DNA of 64,000 nucleotides from an uncultured Bacillales bacterium (GTDB lineage Bacteria; Bacillota_I; Bacilli_A; RF39; UBA660): NCBI GenBank assembly GCA_902477075.1, contig CABSFU010000006.1, positions 757 to 64,756 of the forward strand, read 5' to 3'. Shown piece by piece: positions 18,291 to 28,473 of this stretch (position 1 is its first letter; each line of letters starts with the position of its first letter). The notes under the pieces were generated by a model. It saw only the letters and a program-made list of their open reading frames with translations, ran no database searches and was not told where the DNA came from. The position numbers and the translations under genes were made by a program.

Positions 18291-20745
18291 CTAATATTCC
18301 ACCAGTTTCAGCATTTGATAGTCCATTTATTATTTGTAATTTTGTTAAATAATAATTATATAATATTTCATTATTTATTTCTTGGCAATATTGTATTTGT
18401 TTTTTATAAAATTCATTTTGTTCTTCTAAATTTAAAGAACTTACTACTAAATTACTTTCAGCTTCATCAAGTTGAATTGGTGCTCCAGCTTCTAATAATC
18501 TTTGCTTTTGCTCTAATGTATATTTTGTTTTATTTCTTCTAAATGAATTATATAAAGATTGTTCTGCTTTATCTTCAGACTTACCAGATGGCATTTTATG
18601 ATTAATAACTACAAAAGTTATTATTGCATTAGTGCTATCTTCAAGTATTTCATCAATACTATTTTTTCTTTTTTCTTTTACTATAATTCCATTATCAGCT
18701 AAAAGTTTAATTTGCTCTGGTGTATATAAATCTTTCGTTCTTAAATATAATTGATAAAGTGATCTTTCTTCTAAAGTTTCACCACTATCTGATGGCATTC
18801 TTCCATTAGCATTTTTAAATTCTATTAATGCACTAATAGTTGAATCAACTTTATCAACAATTCTAGTGGTTTTTCTTTGAATTTCTTCTTCTGATTTAAT
18901 TTTAACATCTATTCCTGCACTTGCAAGTTTTTGTAATTGTTCATTTGTAAAGTTTTTCTTATTTCTGTTAAATTTTTGATATAATGAGTCTTCATATCCA
19001 CCATTAGCTGTAGATGGCATTCTATCGTTTAAAGTTTTAAATTCTATTACATCATCAACTATTTTTTGGATAATATCTTCACTTGACATTCCTTTTCTAG
19101 ATTCTATTTTAATATTTCTAGATTCTAATATTTTTAGTTGTTCATCCGTATATTGCTCTTTATTTCTTACGAAAGATTTATATAAACTTCTTTCATATAA
19201 ATCATCACTTGAACCAGATGGCATTTTTCCGTTATGTGTATCAAGCCATTCTAAAATACCATAAATAGTTTCTTCATTTTTTTCTTCTGATGTTTTAGGT
19301 ACTACTGTTATACCATTTTCTTCAAGTAATTTAATTTGTTCTTGAGTATAATGTCTTTTATAATATAAAAAAGCAGTATGCAAGGATCTTTCTTCTTTAT
19401 CTTGCGATACACCAGATGGCATTCTTCCATTAATATTCTTAAATTCTATTATTTTTTGAACTACCATTTCACATTTTGATTTAGTAAGTGTATCTCTGCT
19501 TAATGAAGAATCCAACATATCTAAAAAGTCACTAAATTGTTTTAATTCATCTATTATTTTAAATTCTTCTAAATCTATTTCATCATTATCATTTTGAGTA
19601 TTACCATTATGATTACTTAATACTTTCTTTTTAACTTTTTCATATACTTCATATATTGATTTATGACAATTAATGTTATTTACAATATCAAATACAATTG
19701 GATGTGCATTATGTCCTACTGATAAAGCTCGACCTAATTGTTGAAGATAAATAATTGGAGAAATTGTTGGTCTTAACATTATAACACCATCAACATCTTC
19801 AACATGAACTCCTTCATTAAGCATTTCAATTGAGAATAATAATTTAATATGATCATTAGTTGAACTTTCAAAACTTGATACATTTTGTTTGTTATTTTCT
19901 CTACCTTGTTCAGAATAAACTGAATAAATATCAACATTAGGATTAACTTTACTAAACCATTGTTTTGATTCTGCTATCATTTTTTGCATATGTTCATAAT
20001 CTCTACAAAAAACAATATACTTACCACTTTTATTTGGAATATGTTTTTCAAATATCTCGGGTAAACCTTTTGCATTTTCTAACATTCTTCTTGCTTCATC
20101 TAATTTCTTTTGAAAAACTTCTTTATATTCAGGATTTTCAAATCTATTAATTTTTGCTTGAATTCGATCTATATCTTCTTTAAATGAATAAACCGCAGAT
20201 ATATAAGTTGGCATAGGCAATATTCCACTTGATATTGCATCAGTTAAGGATATTTCGGAAGCAATATTTCCATGAAACAATTCTTCTGCCATATTTCTAT
20301 TATCATCCAAATATCTAATAGGTGTAGCAGTAATTCCTAAAACTTTTGCATTAGGATTATTATTTAATAATGTATTAATACTTCGTCCCCATTCTTGTGC
20401 ACCACATCTATGAAATTCATCTAATACTATATTATCAAAATGTAAGTTATTTATTTTATCAGTTGATAGTCTTGAAAAATTAGGATATATAGCACATTTT
20501 AAATTAGGAAAATCACTAACACTTAATCCTTGTGATTTAATATGTTGTTCAAGTTGATCTATTATTTCATATGTAGGAGCAAGAAATAAGCATCTCTTAT
20601 TTCTATTTTCATATAACCATTTTAAAGAAATAAATGATTTACCAGTTCCTGTTGCATGGACTATAGCAACTTTATCTTCTTGTTCAAACCTCTTTTCAAT
20701 TTTTTCATAAGCATCTTTGTTATGTTTATATAATTCTATACCCAT
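18256..20745 (-). CDS. SF2 helicase (DEAD/DEAH-like) fused to five tandem helicase-associated (HA-like) repeats
   Basis: Walker A HATGTGKSF, motif II IVLDEFHRCGA, motif III ITATP and motif VI QQLGRALS. The C-terminal half has five repeats of about 65-70 aa: NGRMPS...ERSLY...R.K..YT.EQ...L...GI. Confidence 0.85.
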   Translation of the reverse strand: MGIELYKHNKDAYEKIEKRFEQEDKVAIVHATGTGKSFISLKWLYENRNKRCLFLAPTYEIIDQLEQHIKSQGLSVSDFPNLKCAIYPNFSRLSTDKINNLHFDNIVLDEFHRCGAQEWGRSINTLLNNNPNAKVLGITATPIRYLDDNRNMAEELFHGNIASEISLTDAISSGILPMPTYISAVYSFKEDIDRIQAKINRFENPEYKEVFQKKLDEARRMLENAKGLPEIFEKHIPNKSGKYIVFCRDYEHMQKMIAESKQWFSKVNPNVDIYSVYSEQGRENNKQNVSSFESSTNDHIKLLFSIEMLNEGVHVEDVDGVIMLRPTISPIIYLQQLGRALSVGHNAHPIVFDIVNNINCHKSIYEVYEKVKKKVLSNHNGNTQNDNDEIDLEEFKIIDELKQFSDFLDMLDSSLSRDTLTKSKCEMVVQKIIEFKNINGRMPSGVSQDKEERSLHTAFLYYKRHYTQEQIKLLEENGITVVPKTSEEKNEETIYGILEWLDTHNGKMPSGSSDDLYERSLYKSFVRNKEQYTDEQLKILESRNIKIESRKGMSSEDIIQKIVDDVIEFKTLNDRMPSTANGGYEDSLYQKFNRNKKNFTNEQLQKLASAGIDVKIKSEEEIQRKTTRIVDKVDSTISALIEFKNANGRMPSDSGETLEERSLYQLYLRTKDLYTPEQIKLLADNGIIVKEKRKNSIDEILEDSTNAIITFVVINHKMPSGKSEDKAEQSLYNSFRRNKTKYTLEQKQRLLEAGAPIQLDEAESNLVVSSLNLEEQNEFYKKQIQYCQEINNEILYNYYLTKLQIINGLSNAETGGILDGDSNGFRRKN
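18465..19475 (-). repeat. five tandem coding repeats (HA-like domains) within the helicase gene
   Basis: The peptide pattern (N/H)(G/D/K)(R/K)MPS...SLY...(Y/F)T.EQ recurs 5 times. Coordinates are approximate. Confidence 0.7.
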
Positions 20746-20773
20746 ATTAAAGCCTCCAAAATCATCTAATATA

Positions 20774-20782
20774 ATTATAACA
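20774..20782 (-). promoter_or_regulatory. extended -10 element (TGTTATAAT) upstream of the helicase operon
   Basis: The reverse complement of 20774-20782 is TGTTATAAT, about 30 nt upstream of the helicase ATG. The -35 is weak. Confidence 0.35.
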
Positions 20783-20910
20783 TTAATTTTACAAATTTTA
20801 GTATTTGTATTGAAATTATTAACAATTTATAGTAATATGTATATAGAAATTGATACAAATATGTATTAATTCCTAATTGTGATTGAAAAGTTGTAAATAA
20901 CTTAACCAAT

Positions 20911-20918
20911 CGCTCCAT
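20911..20918 (+). repeat. direct repeat copy 2 (CGCTCCAT), junction of unit 1 and unit 2
   Basis: Matches the tRNA-Gly 3' end GCTCCAT. Followed by two hairpins, TTTTTTTGTG, a GAAAGG RBS and the MLNIIK ORF. Confidence 0.65.
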
Positions 20919-21007
20919 TTGTAAAAATCATCGGAACAACCGATGTTGAGATAAAGCTTAATTAGAAATAATTAAGTTTTTTTGTGTCTATGAAAGGTTG
21001 TGATGAT

Positions 21008-21289
21008 ATGTTAAATATTATTAAAGAAAAACTTGATTTAAGCCCTGATTTAATGAAAAAGATTGATTGGGCTAAGAATTATACTTCTACTTCAATAACT
21101 CTTGAGAAAGGTCATTTAATTAGATTAGAACCTAGTAATCTTGCTTATGTAGATCCACATAAAGTTAAAATCAATAATTATACTTTCTTGTTCTTCAATG
21201 GTGTTAATACTTTCTATGTTAATAATCTAAACGAACAACATAATTTATCAGAACTAGAAAAATTCTTTAAACTAGCTAAATGCCCTTAA
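21008..21289 (+). CDS. conserved IME left-end small protein, 93 aa (MLNIIK...)
   Basis: The ATG at 21008 follows a GAAAGG RBS. Homologous N-termini occur at 16714 and 27095. No family recognised. Confidence 0.65.
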   Translation: MLNIIKEKLDLSPDLMKKIDWAKNYTSTSITLEKGHLIRLEPSNLAYVDPHKVKINNYTFLFFNGVNTFYVNNLNEQHNLSELEKFFKLAKCP

Positions 21290-21310
21290 TACTATTCCCC
21301 CAATAAGGAA

Positions 21311-21338
21311 TTGACAAAATTTTAAAAAGTGATATTAT
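21311..21338 (+). promoter_or_regulatory. promoter, TTGACA-16 nt-(TGa)TATTAT
   Basis: Perfect -35 at 21311-21316 and an extended -10 ending at 21338, upstream of the leader ORF and recombinase. Confidence 0.5.
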
Positions 21339-21382
21339 AAATAACCAATGAAAGAGGTAACTCTAGAAATGGAGGTACATCT

Positions 21383-21460
21383 ATGATAATAAAACACAAT
21401 TTACCCGAAATTTATAATATTGAATTTAATGAGGAGTCAGTAGTATTTAGACTTTACTAG
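21383..21460 (+). CDS. candidate 25-aa leader peptide (MIIKHNLPEIYNIEFNEESVVFRLY)
   Basis: GGAGGT RBS 6 nt upstream. Its 3' part forms the left arm and loop of the terminator-like hairpin at 21433-21481. Confidence 0.35.
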   Translation: MIIKHNLPEIYNIEFNEESVVFRLY

Positions 21461-21481
21461 ATACTATTGTCTCCTTTTTTT
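21433..21481 (+). terminator. terminator/attenuator-like hairpin immediately upstream of the recombinase gene
   Basis: 14-bp stem GGAGTCAGTAGTAT / ATACTATTGTCTCC (one mismatch, one G-U pair), 14-nt loop and a T7 run ending 20 nt before the recombinase ATG. Confidence 0.5.
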
Positions 21482-21486
21482 AGTAA

Positions 21487-23340
<1,854 letters not shown>

Positions 23341-23532
23341 TTTATAAACGTGGCACGTTTTGTTTAAGATAGTAAATGAAAGTGACGATAGTGTCAAATT
23401 AAAACGGTTTCTAAGGTGTTAAACCTTAGCTTCCATATCTTGTCTCTGACAAGATATATAGGAAGTTATGAATAATGACAAGGCCACTTTCGTGCCATTT
23501 TCAATATTCATAAAATAAGGAGGTGTAAAAGT
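23341..23532 (+). other. candidate oriT (three inverted repeats) plus relaxase RBS
   Basis: Palindrome AAACGTG-G-CACGTTT at 23346-23360. Hairpin CTAAGG-TGTTAAA-CCTTAG at 23411-23429. Perfect 10-bp inverted repeat ATATCTTGTC-TCT-GACAAGATAT at 23435-23457. AAGGAGGTG RBS. Confidence 0.45.
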
Positions 23533-24847
23533 ATGGAATTATCTTATTCGTTTCATTTAGGTAATGATAGTAATAAAACTATTAAAGCAAGACGAGAAGC
23601 AAAAAATACTCTATCGGGAACAACTAATAAAAGCAATAATGCTATTCAAAATGTAAGACAACTTGGAAAAGTTAATCATCATAATTTAAGACAATATGAT
23701 AATAACAGGGAACTAATTAAAACTATTAAAGGTTCTAATGATATTACAAAAGATGTTAAAGAGTTATATTTAGATTTATTTGATGAGGCAAGAATTGAAT
23801 ACAATAATAAACAGACTAGAGATGATAGAAAAATAAATAACTACTTTAATAAGATAAGTGATGATACAAAACATGATCTTGCTTGTGAAATAGTTATTGA
23901 ACTTGGAGATATGGTTTATTGGGATGATAAAAGTTTAGAATATAAATATGTGATGATACAAGTATTTGAACAACAACTTGAAGATTTAAAAGAAATAGTT
24001 CCAGACTTTTATGTAGCAAATGCTGCTATACATTTTGATGAACATTCTCCACACTTGCATATTGTCGGTGTTCCAGTTAAAGAAAATTGTAAAACAGGTT
24101 TATCAAGACAAGTTGGTAAAACTTCTATCTTCACAAAAGAATCATTAGTAGTTTTTCAAGATAAAATGAGAGAAAGATGTATTGATGAATTTAATATTGC
24201 TTATGGTATGGATTCAAAGTTAAAAGAAAAACAAAAAGGTAAAAATCGAGATATTACTCCATTTGAAAGAAAGGTTTATAATGAAAAAGTTAAAGTCCTT
24301 AAACAAGAAATATCTAATTTCGAAAATGAAGTTTCTGATTTAGAAGATAATAAAGAATCTATCAATAAACAAATAACTAAACTTAATAAAGATAAAAACG
24401 ATATAAGTGATGAAATTGATAAAAAGAAAAAAATTAATAATAAAATTATTATTAAATCTAAAAATCAACTTTGGGATGAAAATGAAAAACTAAAAAAAAG
24501 AAAACGAAGATTTAAAAAGATTAAACTATCAGTATGAAAATCAATATAAAAGTTTAAAAGAAAAAACTGATTATCTTATTTATCATTTGAATAAGGTATT
24601 AAAAAAATTACCCGAATTTATTCAAAACATTGTTGAAAGATTATTTAATTATAATGGTTTAGATTTAAAATATTTTAAACAGCAATATGATCCAGAAGTT
24701 AAAAGTAGGTTTAAAGGTTTTAATTTATTTAATAAAAAAGAAATTGAAAAAGCAACCAAGAATATTAATAATGAAATGGATGAATATGCTGAAGATTTTT
24801 ATGATGATAAAAAAGATAAAGAAAAAGGCGATGGTTTTGAACTTTAA
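23533..24847 (+). pseudogene. MobV-family (Mob_Pre) relaxase with a frameshift in an A8 run
   Basis: Motif I HHNLR and motif III IHFDEHSPHLHIVGVP. The reading frame changes at the A8 run at 24492-24499. Removing one A gives continuous ..WDENEKLKKENEDLKRLNYQYENQYKSLKEKTDYLIYHLNKVLKKLPEF.., which joins ORF 24587-24847. Confidence 0.8.
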
Positions 24848-24885
24848 AAAAAGATGGTTCATTAATTGAATCATCTTTCATTTTG
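24844..24885. terminator. bidirectional hairpin terminator between the relaxase and the cargo operon
   Basis: 12-bp stem AAAGATGGTTCA / TGAATCATCTTT with an A-run on the left and a T-rich tract on the right. Confidence 0.55.
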
Positions 24886-25101
24886 ACTTAAATTTATTAA
24901 TTGAGTATAAACATTTTTTATTTCATTTTCTGGTATTTGTAAATCCCTTAATATTGAATATGTATATTCAATACTCATATTTAAAAAGCAATCTTTTTGA
25001 TTTAGTATATTTCTAATTAACTCATATTTTTTTAATTCTTCAGGATTTTCTTTATTTGCTTCTATGTATTTTTCAGTAATCATTTTAAGTTTATCTATCA
25101 T
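24871..25101 (-). CDS. hypothetical small helical protein, 76 aa (unit 2 cargo)
   Basis: Its start overlaps the stop of the 576-aa ORF (ATGA at 25098-25101). No family recognised. Confidence 0.6.
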   Translation of the reverse strand: MIDKLKMITEKYIEANKENPEELKKYELIRNILNQKDCFLNMSIEYTYSILRDLQIPENEIKNVYTQLINLSQNER

Positions 25102-26828
25102 CTTTTCATTCCTCCATATTCAATAATACCAGGAATTCTTGGATCATCTTTTTCAACATATTCAAGTTTACCATCATCAAATTTTGTTTGTAATTCTTCT
25201 TTTGCAATAGGAACAAGTTCATGATTAGGATTAAAATAATAATAAACATTTTGTTCTGAGTTTTCTTCAAAATTTTGACCATTTAATGTAAATATAGCAC
25301 TAGCCATAGCAACTTTTCCTTCTTCGAATGGTTCATTATTTCTTACTATTGTCACACGAATATTATTCTTTCTTTGTTCCTCAGTAAATAGTATTTTTCT
25401 CAATTGCAATACATATGATAATGAATCAATTCCTAACATTCCAGTTGAATTCACTTTACTAACTAGAATTGATAGTCTTTCATTTAAACTAATATCTTGA
25501 ATATTGTTTGTTATATGTGAATATTCTTCTAATAACTCAGCTAATGTTTGGATATGTTCAACAGGTTTTCTTTCACTTAAACTTTTCTCTTGTTGAGCAA
25601 TTAATTGATACATTTTAGTTAATGATTGTTTAAACTCTTGTTGTGTTTGTTGATTTCTATTAACACACTTTAATCCAACTAATGGTTGATTAAGTTTTGC
25701 TTGCATAATATCTCCTTGAAGTATAGAAGTAACTGAATCAGCACTTACCAAAAATTTATCTGATCTAAATTCTAGGTTTGCATGTCCAGCTCCATATGCT
25801 TCTCCAACCATATTTTTATAATCACTACTAAAATGAATGCCCAATTGATTTAACAATTTTGAATATATTAAATTAAATTCAAAGCATACAACTTTATTAT
25901 TTTCTAGTGTAATTGATGAAACGTAATCTGTACTCTTGTGTTTTTCTGTGGCTACACCTTTTTGATTAACTGCATAATATTCTTCATCATAAGTCAGTAA
26001 TTTACACATTTTTATATAAATATAAATTGCTTTTTCTAAATCAGTAGTATTTTCAGGAATTCCCGAAATAATTTCATGTTCTAAATTACTGTCTATCTTG
26101 ATGCTTTGATATTTAGTATCAGTTGTTGTTAAATGTTTATTTATAGCTTGTAAATCTATTTTTTGTAATGTTCCAATATCTCTATAACGATTAGCAACAA
26201 TATCAGGCATTAAATATTCTTCCAATGCTTTATTTTCTCTAAAAAATTTAAATGCAGCATAAATAAAATATTCCTTAGGTATTTCATTTATTTCTTTCAT
26301 ATCTACACTAGAACATAAATTATCAAATTGTTCATCAGGTAATTGCATTAAAGAAATTAATTGTTCAGTAGGAATAGAATACTTATTTCCATCAATATCT
26401 ATATTATATTTGTTTCCTTTATGCTTTTCTAAAAATTTCTCAAATGAGATACTATTTTTTAAACTATCTAATTTTTGTTGTTCATCAGGTTGTAATACAA
26501 TTTGTCCCGATGATATTAATTGCTCTAAGGCTTTTATAATTGTGCTTTTTTTATAGTAAATTGAACCTCCAGTATCTCCACCTATAATATAGCAAACTGC
26601 GAAGTTATTTATATCGCCATTAAAGTATCTTGAAGCATATTCAAAATAAAAATCATTATTTAAAATTCTCTTTAAAAATTCTATTGATACATCTTCAGAA
26701 TTAACCTTAACTTTTTCACCATTTCTTATTTGTTCTACATCCTCTCTTGTTGTAAATAATGTATATTCTGCCATATTTCTTAAATATGGATATTTTTCCA
26801 TCCATTGTTCAACTGTTAACTCTTCCAC
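25098..26828 (-). CDS. hypothetical 576-aa protein with a transglutaminase-like (papain-fold) core
   Basis: Segment LEKAIYIYIKMCKLLTYDEE...VVCFEFNLIYSKLLNQLGIHF...GAGHANLEF...SADSV shows Cys, His and Asp spacing (34 and 15 residues) typical of transglutaminase-like cysteine proteases. No signal peptide. Confidence 0.7.
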   Translation of the reverse strand: MEELTVEQWMEKYPYLRNMAEYTLFTTREDVEQIRNGEKVKVNSEDVSIEFLKRILNNDFYFEYASRYFNGDINNFAVCYIIGGDTGGSIYYKKSTIIKALEQLISSGQIVLQPDEQQKLDSLKNSISFEKFLEKHKGNKYNIDIDGNKYSIPTEQLISLMQLPDEQFDNLCSSVDMKEINEIPKEYFIYAAFKFFRENKALEEYLMPDIVANRYRDIGTLQKIDLQAINKHLTTTDTKYQSIKIDSNLEHEIISGIPENTTDLEKAIYIYIKMCKLLTYDEEYYAVNQKGVATEKHKSTDYVSSITLENNKVVCFEFNLIYSKLLNQLGIHFSSDYKNMVGEAYGAGHANLEFRSDKFLVSADSVTSILQGDIMQAKLNQPLVGLKCVNRNQQTQQEFKQSLTKMYQLIAQQEKSLSERKPVEHIQTLAELLEEYSHITNNIQDISLNERLSILVSKVNSTGMLGIDSLSYVLQLRKILFTEEQRKNNIRVTIVRNNEPFEEGKVAMASAIFTLNGQNFEENSEQNVYYYFNPNHELVPIAKEELQTKFDDGKLEYVEKDDPRIPGIIEYGGMKR

Positions 26829-26986
26829 TATAACCTCCTACTTTATATTATCTTACAATTCCATTATATCATTATTTTCATCAATTTTATCAAATTGCTT
26901 TAAAAATTTTAAAAAATATGCTATTATGTTTATAGAAGCTAGTTGTATTAACTTATATAGTGATAGTTTCAAATTATCTTATCTAT

Positions 26987-26994
26987 CGCTCCAT
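26987..26994 (+). repeat. direct repeat copy 3 (CGCTCCAT), junction of unit 2 and unit 3
   Basis: Identical octamer to 20911-20918. Followed by a hairpin, T-run, GAAAGGA RBS and the MINIIS ORF. Confidence 0.65.
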
Positions 26995-27094
26995 TGGGAA
27001 ATCTGTTCGAACTTTTATAGTTTGAATTTAACATAGAAAAGTATCAATTTCTAAACGAAGTTGATATTTTTTTTGTTAAGAAAGGACAGATTTT

Positions 27095-27172
27095 ATGATT
27101 AATATTATTAGTAAACCATTAGAGTTTGATTATGAATTAAAAAAGAAAAAAGACAATGGTTTTGAAAGATAA
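27095..27172 (+). pseudogene. fusion remnant: left-end small ORF N-terminus joined to the relaxase C-terminus (25 aa)
   Basis: MINIISKPLEFDYELKKKKDNGFER*. The N-terminus matches M-x-NIIK. The C-terminus matches the relaxase end ..KKDKEKGDGFEL* and the unit 1 end ..KKDDGLER*. Confidence 0.55.
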
Positions 27173-27183
27173 ACCGTTGTCTT

Positions 27184-28176
27184 TTATTTTGTCCAATGTT
27201 CTTTTCTCTTTGTATTTGTATTTTCAATTTGTTTAGATATTAACTCATTAGATTTTTCTGCTGCTACTTGATGACTATTATTATCTACAAATATATAGTG
27301 TGAAATATAAATATTTCTTATCAAAGAAAATATTTCTTCTCTAGATATTTCATTAGTATTATCTTCATAATAATTTTTTAATTTTTGATATGAAAGTAAT
27401 ATTTCGTTTTTATTTTCCATATTACCAATATCACAACTAAAAAATTTGTTTAATTCAATTATTTCTTCTCTTAATTTCACATAATGTGAGTTAATAATAT
27501 TTTCTTCTGTTTCTCCAAATAATTCAATTCGCATCTTTTCAATTGTACTAACAGAATCAATTGTCTCTTTTATTTCTTCAACGGATTTATTGTCTAAAGA
27601 AATATTCCAAAATAATACAACATCTCCATCTCCACCTGAAGGGAATTGTTTATTATGATAATTATTTATATCATCAGCAGAAATTAAAGTTGCATTAAAT
27701 GTAATTGTATCATTTGCATTACTAGGAGAATCTATATATGGATCACAATGTAAACAATGTTTAATATTATCTTTATCTTTTAAAATAACTTGAAAATTAC
27801 CATGTGATGTAATTCCATTTACTTCAGTTCTTTTATATAAGAATGGTATAGATAATTCTTCACATATGAATTTCATTATAGTTGAATAGCCTTGGCACAT
27901 TGCTTTTTGAGTTAATATAGTTCCAATAATATCATGGCTAGTGTTTTTATCTTCTTCATCTTTTGGAATATTAATTATATTAATGTACATATATAAGAAT
28001 TTTTCTAATTCTGACAAGTCCCTATATTTATCATTATCCTTCAGTTTTAATTTATCTAAATTGCTAAATAAAGTGCAAAAACATTCAGCAACTTGTTCTA
28101 TTTGATTTTCAGAATAGTTAGAAGCAAATTCTAATTTATTTAATTTATTAATAAAATAATTTTTATCTTTAATCAT
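27184..28176 (-). CDS. hypothetical 330-aa transglutaminase-like protein, shorter paralog of the 576-aa unit 2 protein
   Basis: LEKFLYMYINIINIPKDEE...AMCQGYSTIMKFICEELSIPF...SHGNFQV...CDPY parallels LEKAIYIYIKMCKLLTYDEE...VCFEF...LGIHF...GHANLEF...D in the 576-aa protein. Confidence 0.65.
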   Translation of the reverse strand: MIKDKNYFINKLNKLEFASNYSENQIEQVAECFCTLFSNLDKLKLKDNDKYRDLSELEKFLYMYINIINIPKDEEDKNTSHDIIGTILTQKAMCQGYSTIMKFICEELSIPFLYKRTEVNGITSHGNFQVILKDKDNIKHCLHCDPYIDSPSNANDTITFNATLISADDINNYHNKQFPSGGDGDVVLFWNISLDNKSVEEIKETIDSVSTIEKMRIELFGETEENIINSHYVKLREEIIELNKFFSCDIGNMENKNEILLSYQKLKNYYEDNTNEISREEIFSLIRNIYISHYIFVDNNSHQVAAEKSNELISKQIENTNTKRKEHWTK

Positions 28177-28241
28177 ACTTATCCCTCCTACATTTCTCTA
28201 CATTATATCACAAGAATTCAACATTTTTACTATTTAAATTA

Positions 28242-28466
28242 CTATTTATCTTTCTCTTTATTTTCTTTAGACATATAGGCTACAGTCAAAATTATACCAA
28301 CAAGATCACATCCGATTGATAGTCCCAATAGAACGCCACTACTGAAATTACCAAAATCACTTGTTTCATTTCCACAAAAATATATATATGCTAAATATAA
28401 TAAGTTTCCTAATATAATGAATAATGTTCCTATTTTTAATTTTTTCACAAAATACCTCACTTTCAC
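28242..28466 (-). CDS. small membrane protein, 74 aa, two TM helices
   Basis: Two hydrophobic helices (LFIILGNLLYLAYIYF and GVLLGLSIGCDLVGIILTVAY). Confidence 0.5.
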   Translation of the reverse strand: MKVRYFVKKLKIGTLFIILGNLLYLAYIYFCGNETSDFGNFSSGVLLGLSIGCDLVGIILTVAYMSKENKEKDK

Positions 28467-28473
28467 TTAAACA

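Larger units (their letters stand above)
16578..20918 (+). mobile_element. IME unit 1: recombinase/relaxase-deleted derivative carrying the helicase cargo operon
   Basis: Bounded by GCTCCAT repeats. The left end has the same hairpins, RBS and M-x-NIIK ORF as unit 2, joined directly to the relaxase 3' end (38/38 nt identity, 16970-17007 vs 24719-24756). Confidence 0.6.
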
